Source: Corallochytrium limacisporum Hawaii (taxonomy: Eukaryota > Protista > Pluriformea). Taken from it: a stretch of 64,000 nucleotides of DNA. Positions 8,746 through 17,996 of this stretch are shown one piece after another. A program made the translations under genes and the position numbers. How positions within the stretch are numbered: the first letter of the stretch is position 1; each line of letters opens with the position of its first letter. Location of the stretch: the NCBI GenBank assembly GCA_002811645.1, contig PDIP01000031.1:62001-126000 (forward strand). Direction: 5' to 3'. The notes under the pieces are model-generated. The model worked only from the letters and a program-made list of their open reading frames with translations, had not been told where the DNA came from and made no database searches.

Positions 8746-11196
8746 ATGGTTCCAGCAGCGGGCAAGGAGCCTGTGGTCAAGGTCTCTGGCCTGGATGAGT
8801 CTGTGACTGAGCAGGAATTAAAGGACTTCTTTTCTGACTTTGGTACCGTCGCGAAAGTAAGAGTAAGGAAGGATTTCACCACCGGTGATGTTATGGGAGA
8901 AGCCTTCATCACCTACACAGAGTGTGATGTGGACGATGTAGTCAAGTATACGAACGGAGCGATCGTGAACGGTCGACTACTGACCGTCGCGCAAGCTGAG
9001 GGCAAGAGGAACACGGTGGCTATCATTGGTGGTACTCTTGCCGGCTACTCCGCTGCCGTCGAGGCCCTAAAGGGTGGTTCCTCTGTTATCTTGTTCGATC
9101 ACCTCGCCGGTGGTGAGGTTCAGAATTCAATTTTCACAGACGTTAGTGCCTGTGGCACGAAGCAACAAGCTGCAGCTGGTGTAAGGGACGATGTGACCAC
9201 CTTCAAAGAGGACATCATCAACAATGCGGGGAAGCAACAGGACAAGACTCTTGCAGACAAGAACCTCGCCTCCCTGGTGGCTGAACGCAGCTGTGAAACA
9301 GTGGAATTTTTGGAAGAGATTCTTGGAGAGCAGCTCGGACACTTACACCACGTGGGCGGACATAGTGTACCGCGTACATTGAACTTCCAGGATCCTAATC
9401 TACCGCTCGGCGTGCGCTGTCTGCGAGCAATGCACAAGAAGATTTCTGAATATCCCCAGTTCCGAATGATGAAGACTGCAACGGTGAGCAAAATCGTCCT
9501 GGATGAGAACGGACTGCGTGTTACTGGCATTGAATACCACCACAACAACATAAGGGCTCAATTGCAGGTAGATACAGTGATCATGGCAACGGGAGGCTTT
9601 GCACACAATCAAGAGCGCCTAGCAGCTCATTGCCCCCAGTACAAGGACATGCCCATTGTTGAGGGCGTACGTGGTTCTGGCCGTGGCTACGATCTACTGG
9701 ACGACTGCGGCGCCCTACTGACCCATATGGATAAGGTTCTTCTGGATCCGTTCTCTGCTTTCAATCTGAAGGAGACGCTGGGAAACAGTAATGTGACGAA
9801 ACCGTCGCACTTGAGGTCCCTTACACCGATGACTAGCTCTGGTGCAATTCTTGTAAATTCTCGAGGTCAGCGCTTTACCAATGAGATGACCAGCTTCTCA
9901 AGTATTTCGCGTGCTCTGCTTACACTCCATCCGGGCAAGGACAGTGTGGACTCAAAACTGCCCTTCGAAATCAGCTGTGCAGCTCTGATAATTCCCACCT
10001 CTCAGGGTGGTGACCATGGTCGTGTACTTGATGTCTATGCCAAGGCGGGGCCTCTGGTGTGCGGCACCGTAGAAGAAGTGTGTGAGAAACTAGGCATCGA
10101 TGCCGACGGTCTGACTGACACCCTTCAACAATGCTCCGATGAGACCGTGGACGATGCCTTTGACCGAAAGTGGTCGATCAGGCCACATGCAATAAGTCAG
10201 AGCGGCGAAATTTGTGCGGCTCTAGTCACCCCTGCAATCCTGTACACCATCGGCGGCGCTGGTACCAATTTACACGCTCAGGTCTTGCAAGCGACAACCA
10301 TGCAGTTCATCGCTGGCTTGTACGCGGCTGGTGAGTGCAGTTCGGGTCCTGGGGGTGAGACCGCGTTGGTTGGCACCCCGATTCTCACTAGTGTAGTAAT
10401 GGGTCGCATTGCTGGAAAGTCAGCAAGTCATGCGGAGTTGGCTGTGCCAGCTTTGCGTCCAAATGCATGGGTACCTCTGGCCATGGACCGGGTCATCAAA
10501 ATGTCCCCGACCACGTCGCTTTTCCGCTTTTCTTTGCCATCCAAATACCACCAAACCGGTCTTGGAATCGGTCAGTACATTTGCGTGAAGGCTAATATTG
10601 AAGGTGAGGATGTAGTGCGCTATTATTCACCAATCTCTCGTCCGGAAACCTTGGGCCAGATTGATCTGCTTATCAAGATCAACGTCGGTGGTAAGTTCAC
10701 CGAATATCTAGATCAGATGAAACCTGGTGACTTCCTAGACTGGAAGGGTCCCGTGGCCGGCCTGGATCTTGAAGTTGGTCGGAAACGCCGCATTGGCATG
10801 CTCGCGGGTGGCACAGGCATTGCGCCCATGATACAGCTCATCCGTTCCCATATGCTGTACCAATCTAAGGTCGGTAATGACAATTTGTTTGATCTTCGTC
10901 TGATCTTTGGCGTCAAGGACGAGAGTGAGCTGCTGTTGAGGGACCAACTGGAGGGGCACGCGCAGCATCATCCCGGTGTCCTTGACATCTACTATGTGCT
11001 GCAGAACCCGCCTGCAGGATGGACGATGGGTACTGGCTTCATTACCAAAGAGATGATTCAAGAACGGTGCGCACCTCCGAGCGATGAAGATGCCCTCATT
11101 GTAATCTGTGGCCCCCCTGTCTTCTGCAATGCTATGAAGGACGCGCTGAATAGCTTAGGCTACCAGCAGGGCAAGAACTACTACAGTTACCTCTAA
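8746..11196 (+). CDS. RRM + flavocytochrome c/fumarate-reductase-like FAD domain (catalytically degenerate) + NADH:cytochrome b5 reductase-like domain fusion
   Basis: RRM at aa ~10-85 (VKVSGL...MGEAFITY). FAD-binding/FRD fold (IIGGTLAGYSAAVEA, GGHSVPRT, VIMATGGF, GAILVNSRGQRFTNE, GLYAAGE). b5-reductase motifs (RYYSPIS, GKFT, GMLAGGTGIAPM, ICGPP). One uninterrupted ORF. Confidence 0.9.
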   Translation: MVPAAGKEPVVKVSGLDESVTEQELKDFFSDFGTVAKVRVRKDFTTGDVMGEAFITYTECDVDDVVKYTNGAIVNGRLLTVAQAEGKRNTVAIIGGTLAGYSAAVEALKGGSSVILFDHLAGGEVQNSIFTDVSACGTKQQAAAGVRDDVTTFKEDIINNAGKQQDKTLADKNLASLVAERSCETVEFLEEILGEQLGHLHHVGGHSVPRTLNFQDPNLPLGVRCLRAMHKKISEYPQFRMMKTATVSKIVLDENGLRVTGIEYHHNNIRAQLQVDTVIMATGGFAHNQERLAAHCPQYKDMPIVEGVRGSGRGYDLLDDCGALLTHMDKVLLDPFSAFNLKETLGNSNVTKPSHLRSLTPMTSSGAILVNSRGQRFTNEMTSFSSISRALLTLHPGKDSVDSKLPFEISCAALIIPTSQGGDHGRVLDVYAKAGPLVCGTVEEVCEKLGIDADGLTDTLQQCSDETVDDAFDRKWSIRPHAISQSGEICAALVTPAILYTIGGAGTNLHAQVLQATTMQFIAGLYAAGECSSGPGGETALVGTPILTSVVMGRIAGKSASHAELAVPALRPNAWVPLAMDRVIKMSPTTSLFRFSLPSKYHQTGLGIGQYICVKANIEGEDVVRYYSPISRPETLGQIDLLIKINVGGKFTEYLDQMKPGDFLDWKGPVAGLDLEVGRKRRIGMLAGGTGIAPMIQLIRSHMLYQSKVGNDNLFDLRLIFGVKDESELLLRDQLEGHAQHHPGVLDIYYVLQNPPAGWTMGTGFITKEMIQERCAPPSDEDALIVICGPPVFCNAMKDALNSLGYQQGKNYYSYL

Positions 11197-11449
11197 CGCA
11201 TCCCTATCTTTTATTCATTCTAGGACAAGACACTCTTACATGACCACACTAAGCCTTACTCACAATACAGAAGACAACAACATTGGTTTCTGAAGGACAG
11301 CCAAAGTCTAGTTTACCTACTGGTATCCCCAAAATCGGCCATTCACCAAGACCAACAATGGGGTTCCCGATGGCCACCCAGAGAGGGGTTCCATTTAACT
11401 TTCGAAATTCTCCCGCTCCGCTCTTGTCGGAGGGTCAAGCCCATGTCAT

Positions 11450-12553
11450 TCACTCTTGCTCATCTTCCCGACCCATGACCGGCATGGTGCAACCGGGTTT
11501 CCGTACCGTGAGGAATGTGTACTTTTCTGCGTCCTGCAGACTCCAGTCCCGAGTGTTGTAGTTGCCGCACAGACGTTCCGGGGCGTAAAGCCGTTGCACC
11601 TCGAAGCCGCGCCTCTCGCACTCGGCAATGAACTCAACAACGCCGTCGCGGTCCTCGCTGAGCACTTCATAGAATACACCGCCGGGCTTCAGCACACGAT
11701 CAATTACCACTGGCAAGGTCTTCACGCTCAATAAATTGTACGTTAATTCCGCACCGATTGCAATGTCACACGGCTCGTCAATTTCCATGTTCTTAAGCAT
11801 ATCTTCGTCCAGCAGACAGGCCAGTTCACTGTTCCCACTGTCGTCTTGGCGGTCTGGGCTCGCACAGTCGCAACGGAAGCGACTGGGATCTTCAATTGGT
11901 CCTATTTCGTGGCCCATGTGGCATTGCTCAGCGCAGTCAACGCAAATGCCGCATGCATCATCGTCTGGGAAGCAGGTCAAGCATCGCCGCCAGGGCTGTA
12001 CAGCAAAGGACTTCTTCCCGTAGACATAGCGCGTGCACTTCAAGTGTTTGTCCCGGTCCCCTGAATCTTCACTTCCGTTTAGCTGCTCCACCTCTGTGGC
12101 AAAGGTATCCCAGTCCAACCGACCACAGATGCACTTTGCAGCGATTTCAGGACGGTCGTCTCCGCTCTCTTCCGGGTCGCGACTGTTGATCTTGACATTG
12201 TATTCCAAGTTCTCCACAACCGTGGGCAGATAGTCAGTGAGAATCACGCGAGACGCCTTCTCAGCGGCCACAATGCCCGCGAGTCCGACGCCTGCGCCGA
12301 GCTCGATGACAGACTTGCCCGCGAATATGGTGTCTAAGTTCTCGTGGACCCACCTGGCCAGTACGACACCACCGTCCCACAACGCACAGCCTAGGCCCCC
12401 AGAAACAATCGACAGTTCCCGCAGATGATATTTCTGTTTTCGCTTCGTACCCTGACTCAGATTTATGGTCTTGCGCTGGTATTTTCTTGCAGATAGGGCA
12501 AGAGTGCGCCAGTCAATGTTGATCTCACCATTCTTCGGTCGGTTGTTCAACAT
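11450..12553 (-). CDS. METTL21/Methyltransf_16-family protein methyltransferase with inserted UBR-type zinc finger
   Basis: GCALWDGGVVLARW, motif I VIELGAGVGLAG, post-I ILTDY, LDW, motif II-like DIAIGAELTY. Insert CLTC...ICVDCAEQCHMGH...FRCDC. Confidence 0.88.
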   Translation of the reverse strand: MLNNRPKNGEINIDWRTLALSARKYQRKTINLSQGTKRKQKYHLRELSIVSGGLGCALWDGGVVLARWVHENLDTIFAGKSVIELGAGVGLAGIVAAEKASRVILTDYLPTVVENLEYNVKINSRDPEESGDDRPEIAAKCICGRLDWDTFATEVEQLNGSEDSGDRDKHLKCTRYVYGKKSFAVQPWRRCLTCFPDDDACGICVDCAEQCHMGHEIGPIEDPSRFRCDCASPDRQDDSGNSELACLLDEDMLKNMEIDEPCDIAIGAELTYNLLSVKTLPVVIDRVLKPGGVFYEVLSEDRDGVVEFIAECERRGFEVQRLYAPERLCGNYNTRDWSLQDAEKYTFLTVRKPGCTMPVMGREDEQE

Positions 12554-13170
12554 GACCGCTGATGAATATATCTAGTACTGCCTTCTTCTCTTGTACACTC
12601 ATCCAGCCCCAGAAACCATATTCATGTCAACGTACATACCATCTATTCATGGGCACCACTAGTTTATGTTTGGCTTTACTCTATAGATCAAGGACACCTC
12701 AAATGTTGTGACCACGCAAATGGTTCTGAGAAGTACCCAGCGAAATGAGAGAGCGTGTGGGACCTGGGACCCGCCCTCCCAAGACCTCGCGGTCGGCACA
12801 GGCGGGTGGGAGTCTAATTTTCTCTCTGCGCCTGTCATTGTGTATGGCGCGCGTGTGATTCGAAGGAGAGGGTTGTCGGTGGGATGGCGGGTCTCAAGCA
12901 GCTTGGGACGTATTACGGAACTGAGCGCGTATTGTCTTCTCTTCCTCCGCATGCTTCCAACTTAGCCAAGTTCTGTGGATCTGTAGGTATTTGATTCTTG
13001 GCACTGTTATTAGAATCAGTGCTGGCGTGTTCGGCTACGTCCATTTAAGCGAACATAAGAAATACACATAGAAGGCAGGGGACTAGATGCACACAAGGGA
13101 CATGTAAGGGAAGCATGTGACAGATCAACAGCGGATATAATCCTATAGAGAAGACTCATTCGAAATTATC

Positions 13171-15654
13171 ATGAGCTTCAGCCAGTCACAACAGAGGCAG
13201 TTGATTCCTCGCATTCTCAGTGCCTATGAGAATATTCCGGGCGGACCGCCCCGTGACCCGGACATGGCTCTCGCTCTGACTGCGCAGGTAGTAGACCATT
13301 TGCGGAAGAGCTTCCCAGAATATGGGCGAAGGCCTCGTAAGCCCTTTGAGAACATGGTCAGCAGTACCATTGACCGTATGATTGGCATGAATGCCCTGGA
13401 TGAACTGTTTGCAAATCTAAACGAGGGCATTGACGAAAACAACGATCCTGGGAGTGCCAGTGAAGACGACGAAACCGAAATCCGCGCCATGGAGGCTGCC
13501 ACACCGAAGCACAATACTTTGAATCAGAGTCTGGCTAAGGCCTATGCGGCACAGAATGAACAGACACAGCGGCGACGGAAGCGACAACAGAAAGGTACAA
13601 ACGCATTGCCGTCAAAGCGGTCCAGAAATGACCCGGATACCGCATCGTCAGGAGGACACGAGTATAACGCTTCGATACCGAAGGTAAGGCTTGGAGACCT
13701 GGGTGGCGTGGACGACTGCATTCAAGATATCCGGGAACTCATTGAGTATCCTATGAGCCATCCGGAAATTTATGCACACTTGGGTGTGAGCCCACCACGG
13801 GGTGTACTGTTGCACGGACCACCGGGTTGTGGCAAAACCATGCTGGCACATGCAATAGCAGGGGAGTTGCAGGTGCCGCTGCTAAAGATTAGCGCTCCAG
13901 AGATTGTCAGCGGGATGTCTGGCGAGAGCGAGGCCAAGATTCGGTCGCTCTTCCAGCAGGCCCAGGAGGTGGCCCCATGCATCCTGTTCATTGACGAGAT
14001 TGATGCTATAACCCCAAAGCGTGAAACCGCCGCTCGCGAAATGGAAAGGCGCATCGTTGCGCAGCTTTTGACTTGCATGGACACCCTCGGAGGCAACGAC
14101 AACAACAAGAACGATGAAGATAGGGACCAGGACGGTAACCTGAGCATTGCCGAAACCACCTTGAAGCCGGTGATCTGCATTGGTGCAACCAACAGACCTG
14201 ATTCCCTTGACCCAGCGCTCCGACGTGCGGGTCGGTTTGACCGCGAAATTTCTCTCGGCATTCCGGATGAGAAGGCACGAGCGCGGATTTTGCAGGTCAT
14301 CACCAAAGGCTTACGCCTCGATGGCGACTTCGACTACCTTTCTTTAGCTCGAAAGACGCCGGGCTTTGTTGGTGCGGATTTGAATGCGCTAGCCAAGGAG
14401 GCAGCTGTGCTGGCCATTAATCGCATTTTCGGTGACATCCTCAAGCGGGAAGACGAGGTTCCCAACAATGTTGACGATACGATGGCCGACAGCAATCAAA
14501 TGAATGGCACCATGGACGTAGATGGGGCAGCCCAAGGTGTATCCCATGTCGGAGAATCGAACGCCGTGGGAGAGAGTGTGAGCAACACCAGTCGAGACAG
14601 CAATACGCGCAATGCGGCATCCGTACACCTACGTATGAATAAGGACCCATTGCCCCCAGAGGTCTTGGCAAACCTGAGCATTACTATGCAGGACTTTGAA
14701 GCTGCGATCGACAAGGTACAGCCGAGCGCCCAGCGCGAAGGTTTTGCTACGGCACCAAACGTCACATGGGAAGACGTTGGTGCCCTGGATCATGTGCGGG
14801 ATGAGCTACGTTTTGCTGTGCTGGAACCAGTACGTCACCCCGAAAAATTTGAAGAAGCCGGCATCAGTGTACCACCTGGCATTCTACTCTACGGTCCACC
14901 CGGGTGTGGCAAAACTTTGCTCGCCAAAGCGGTCGCAGGGGAGACTGGCATGAACTTTATCTCCATCAAGGGTCCCGAGCTGCTGAACAAATATGTGGGT
15001 GAAAGTGAGCGGGCTATCCGTCTAGTCTTCCAGCGTGCCCGTACCAGTGCGCCCTGCGTCATATTTTTCGACGAACTAGACAGTGTTTGTCCAAAGCGTG
15101 GCAGTAGCCAAGATTCCAACGTCACGGAACGGGTGGTCAACACTTTGCTCACTGAACTGGACGGTCTGGAGAGCCGCAAAGGTATTTTTGTCATTGCCGC
15201 CACGAATCGTCCGGACATCATCGATCCCGCTATGTTACGACCGGGTCGTCTAGATAAGCTCCTCTATGTGGCGCTGCCGACCAAGCAGGAGAGACTACAC
15301 ATATTTAAGACCCTCACCCGCAAGATTCCACTGGACCCAACTTGCAACATGCAGGAGATTGCAGAAATGCCGGGGCTCACAGGCTACTCGGGCGCCGACT
15401 GCGCAGCTCTCGTCCGCGAGGCCGCCACCTTGGCCTTACGCGAATGTATCGACCATGGTCTGCCCTCAGTGCTGGTACAGAAGAAGCACTTTCTGGCCGC
15501 AGTGCCAAAGGTCTTACCGTCCATCTCCGATCGCGACGAACGCATGTACATGCGCATGAGTCAGCGTCTGCGACGCGCCCGTGGCCATCTCGAACCCGAA
15601 GACGGCAGTGGAAGTGGCAAGGCTACCAATAATCCCGCACCTACCAATACGTAA
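13171..15654 (+). CDS. NVL: Nuclear valosin-containing protein-like AAA+ ATPase (NVL2/Rix7)
   Basis: Two AAA modules (GPPGCGKT twice; FIDEID and FFDELD). EIVSGMSGESEAKIR, AREMERRIVAQLLTCMD, ELLNKYVGESER. N-terminal EYGRRPRKPF segment and a basic NLS. Confidence 0.95.
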   Translation: MSFSQSQQRQLIPRILSAYENIPGGPPRDPDMALALTAQVVDHLRKSFPEYGRRPRKPFENMVSSTIDRMIGMNALDELFANLNEGIDENNDPGSASEDDETEIRAMEAATPKHNTLNQSLAKAYAAQNEQTQRRRKRQQKGTNALPSKRSRNDPDTASSGGHEYNASIPKVRLGDLGGVDDCIQDIRELIEYPMSHPEIYAHLGVSPPRGVLLHGPPGCGKTMLAHAIAGELQVPLLKISAPEIVSGMSGESEAKIRSLFQQAQEVAPCILFIDEIDAITPKRETAAREMERRIVAQLLTCMDTLGGNDNNKNDEDRDQDGNLSIAETTLKPVICIGATNRPDSLDPALRRAGRFDREISLGIPDEKARARILQVITKGLRLDGDFDYLSLARKTPGFVGADLNALAKEAAVLAINRIFGDILKREDEVPNNVDDTMADSNQMNGTMDVDGAAQGVSHVGESNAVGESVSNTSRDSNTRNAASVHLRMNKDPLPPEVLANLSITMQDFEAAIDKVQPSAQREGFATAPNVTWEDVGALDHVRDELRFAVLEPVRHPEKFEEAGISVPPGILLYGPPGCGKTLLAKAVAGETGMNFISIKGPELLNKYVGESERAIRLVFQRARTSAPCVIFFDELDSVCPKRGSSQDSNVTERVVNTLLTELDGLESRKGIFVIAATNRPDIIDPAMLRPGRLDKLLYVALPTKQERLHIFKTLTRKIPLDPTCNMQEIAEMPGLTGYSGADCAALVREAATLALRECIDHGLPSVLVQKKHFLAAVPKVLPSISDRDERMYMRMSQRLRRARGHLEPEDGSGSGKATNNPAPTNT

Positions 15655-16308
15655 ACCGATAGTATGTGTCCATTATGCTTCAGTGGACGAATCACTGATA
15701 GGAATATGGGCATGCAAACTACGCGCACGAAAGTGCCCTTGTGTTTGGCGTACTTGTCGTATCTGCATGCCTTTTGAGGCATCCTTATACAGGAGGAAGC
15801 GAAGCCGATGATGACCATGCTGTGCGAATGCGTCCTGAAGTGCGCAATACGATCCAAATCTGCGATGGAGGCGCAAAGCTCGAAAGCGTCAGACGACGGA
15901 CCTAGGATCTCCAGCACCGACTTGACTCCGGGGCAGTGTGTACGTCCGAACTTCCCCACACTCCACCTGTCCCATCCTCGTCCCCTTGCCCACGCCCCCA
16001 ATCCAACCTCCACTGTCGAAGTCCCTGTACGCCCCTCTCCGACCAAGCCAGCAGAAGCAGGAGGTGGCATGATCGCACACTCAGTGCTATCTTTCCCACT
16101 GGCGAGAGAAAATATAATACACTCACTATATAAAATGCCTGCTCTGGCTGCTTTCTTCCCAATGCAAGCAGGGGCCGCTGCTGCTTGTTTCCGGGTCCTT
16201 TCCTTTCGCGATTCATCATCCCGCTCTTTATTTGGCCATTCGCACCCACCGCGTACGCCCTTCGCTGTAGGCTCTGTGCGAGTTTTGCGTGCAAAATCGT
16301 TACATTCT

Positions 16309-16335
16309 CCCCCCCCCCCCCCCCCCCCGGGGGGG
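16309..16335. repeat. C20-G7 homopolymer junction
   Basis: Read directly from the sequence. Confidence 0.9.
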
Positions 16336-17996
16336 CCTGTGTTTTTTTCTAAGTATTCGCCTTGCTACCGTACAGCCAGCCCGTCTATTTCCCCACCTAT
16401 CGCTTGGAGTGGCAGACATACAGTACGGTGGTACCACACACGCCGGAGAGGTATCCGCGTTTGCCGCCGCTTCCAACATAGGCCAGGCTTTCAATATGAC
16501 GGCAAGCGCCTCACGCACTGGGGCACACGCAGGAGACAGAGGCGATAGAAGGGGAACGGAGCGGCCAAAGGGACGGAAGGCAAAAGGAGGGCCAAGTCAA
16601 ACGCAATCGGGTCCTGATGCGACTGTGCAGAAGAAACGGCGATGGTACCGGTACCAGCAGAGAAATAGCGCTGCCAAAAAACCCTTTTGCACACTCCCCT
16701 CCTCCCTTCCCCCGTGGCCCCTCTGCTTTTGGGCTCGCTGGTTTCTCCCTCTCTGGCCGTGTCCATCTCACTCTCTCGTGACCTTCATCGCAGGCGAAAA
16801 CTCCGGTATTGCTGACTGACCCGGCTCCTCTTTGGACGCCCCTTCCTTCACAACCAACCCCTCCCCTTCCGACCCTGGGCCCTGCTTCAAACTTCCGCGT
16901 AGCGAAAGGCCCAAAGGTGGAAGCCCTGCGTAGTGAAAGAATTGCGCAATGGTCTCTCCCTGGGGGGGGGGGTGTGGGAGAGCCAGGCCACAGAAAGTGC
17001 CAGACGCAAAAAGCGACACGGGAAAAACCTACCCAAAAAAAAAAGAAGGAAGACCCGAGGGCGCCTTCCCAGAGCAAAAGGGGGAGAATCAAAAATTTTG
17101 GTGAGAAAGCTCTGGGCTCCCCGCTGTCGCGTAGAATTCCATACTCAGAGTAATGGAGACGTCGGTTCAGCTGACCCCCCCCCCCGGTGGAACGTTTGGG
17201 AGGTGGGTGCCTAGGCCAGTGGAGGCCTTGATTGATTTTCCTTGGCTTTTTTCATTTCTTTCACCTAAAACTTCCCCTGAAGCCCAGCTCCCCGCCCCGG
17301 GGGGAACCCCCCCTTCCCACCGCTGCCCCGGTGAGGGGGGACCCCTTCCGTGCCATACAGCAAAGGAAGGGAGCACGTCAGAGACACTGTGCAGTTCTGG
17401 CGCGGCACAATCGAAGGTCACAGTCCCACTAACAGGCCTTCACTTCCCTGATGGCAGCCCTTTTTCACTGCATGATTCTACGGGCCATGAAATTCAATGG
17501 GGACAGAACCGACCAAAGCCAGAACACCAAACGGGGACGGACGCACTGAAACGGAGCCTCATAACGGTCAGGGGGGGTCCCGCGGAGGTGTCCAGAATGA
17601 CTGTGTTCCTTGTTGGCTATGTGAAGAACGGGTCTAGAAGTGGGCAATTAGAGTCTGATATCACTATTCACGTTCTTCGGGATCAGAATTCTTCCAGCGA
17701 GGTTCCTTTCGATCCATATAGCAACTCGACCAAAGGGGATTCTACGGCACGGGAACGGTGATCCTGACCCCCAGGAGTCGATAGAATAGATCAAGGAAAC
17801 CGGGTTAAGTACTTCAATATTGTTTTTTTCTGGCATAGTTGTTTACCATACTTCTGGAATTTTTGCTTTCAGACATTTCTAATCCGGCGGTGAAGGCTGT
17901 TATTCATTTTCCCTTCATCAGCGGGCAAATGGATTGATATCAAAAGAAGTAACGTAGAATATTTATTTTCAAGGCGGAAGATCCGATACAAGGAAC

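Noticed and set aside
15561-17761. ORFs of 130-246 aa in the NVL-GGT spacer (and similar ones at 49000-50500 and 57600-59200)
   Set aside because: Low-complexity translations driven by G/C and A/T runs, with no domain motifs; treated as intergenic.
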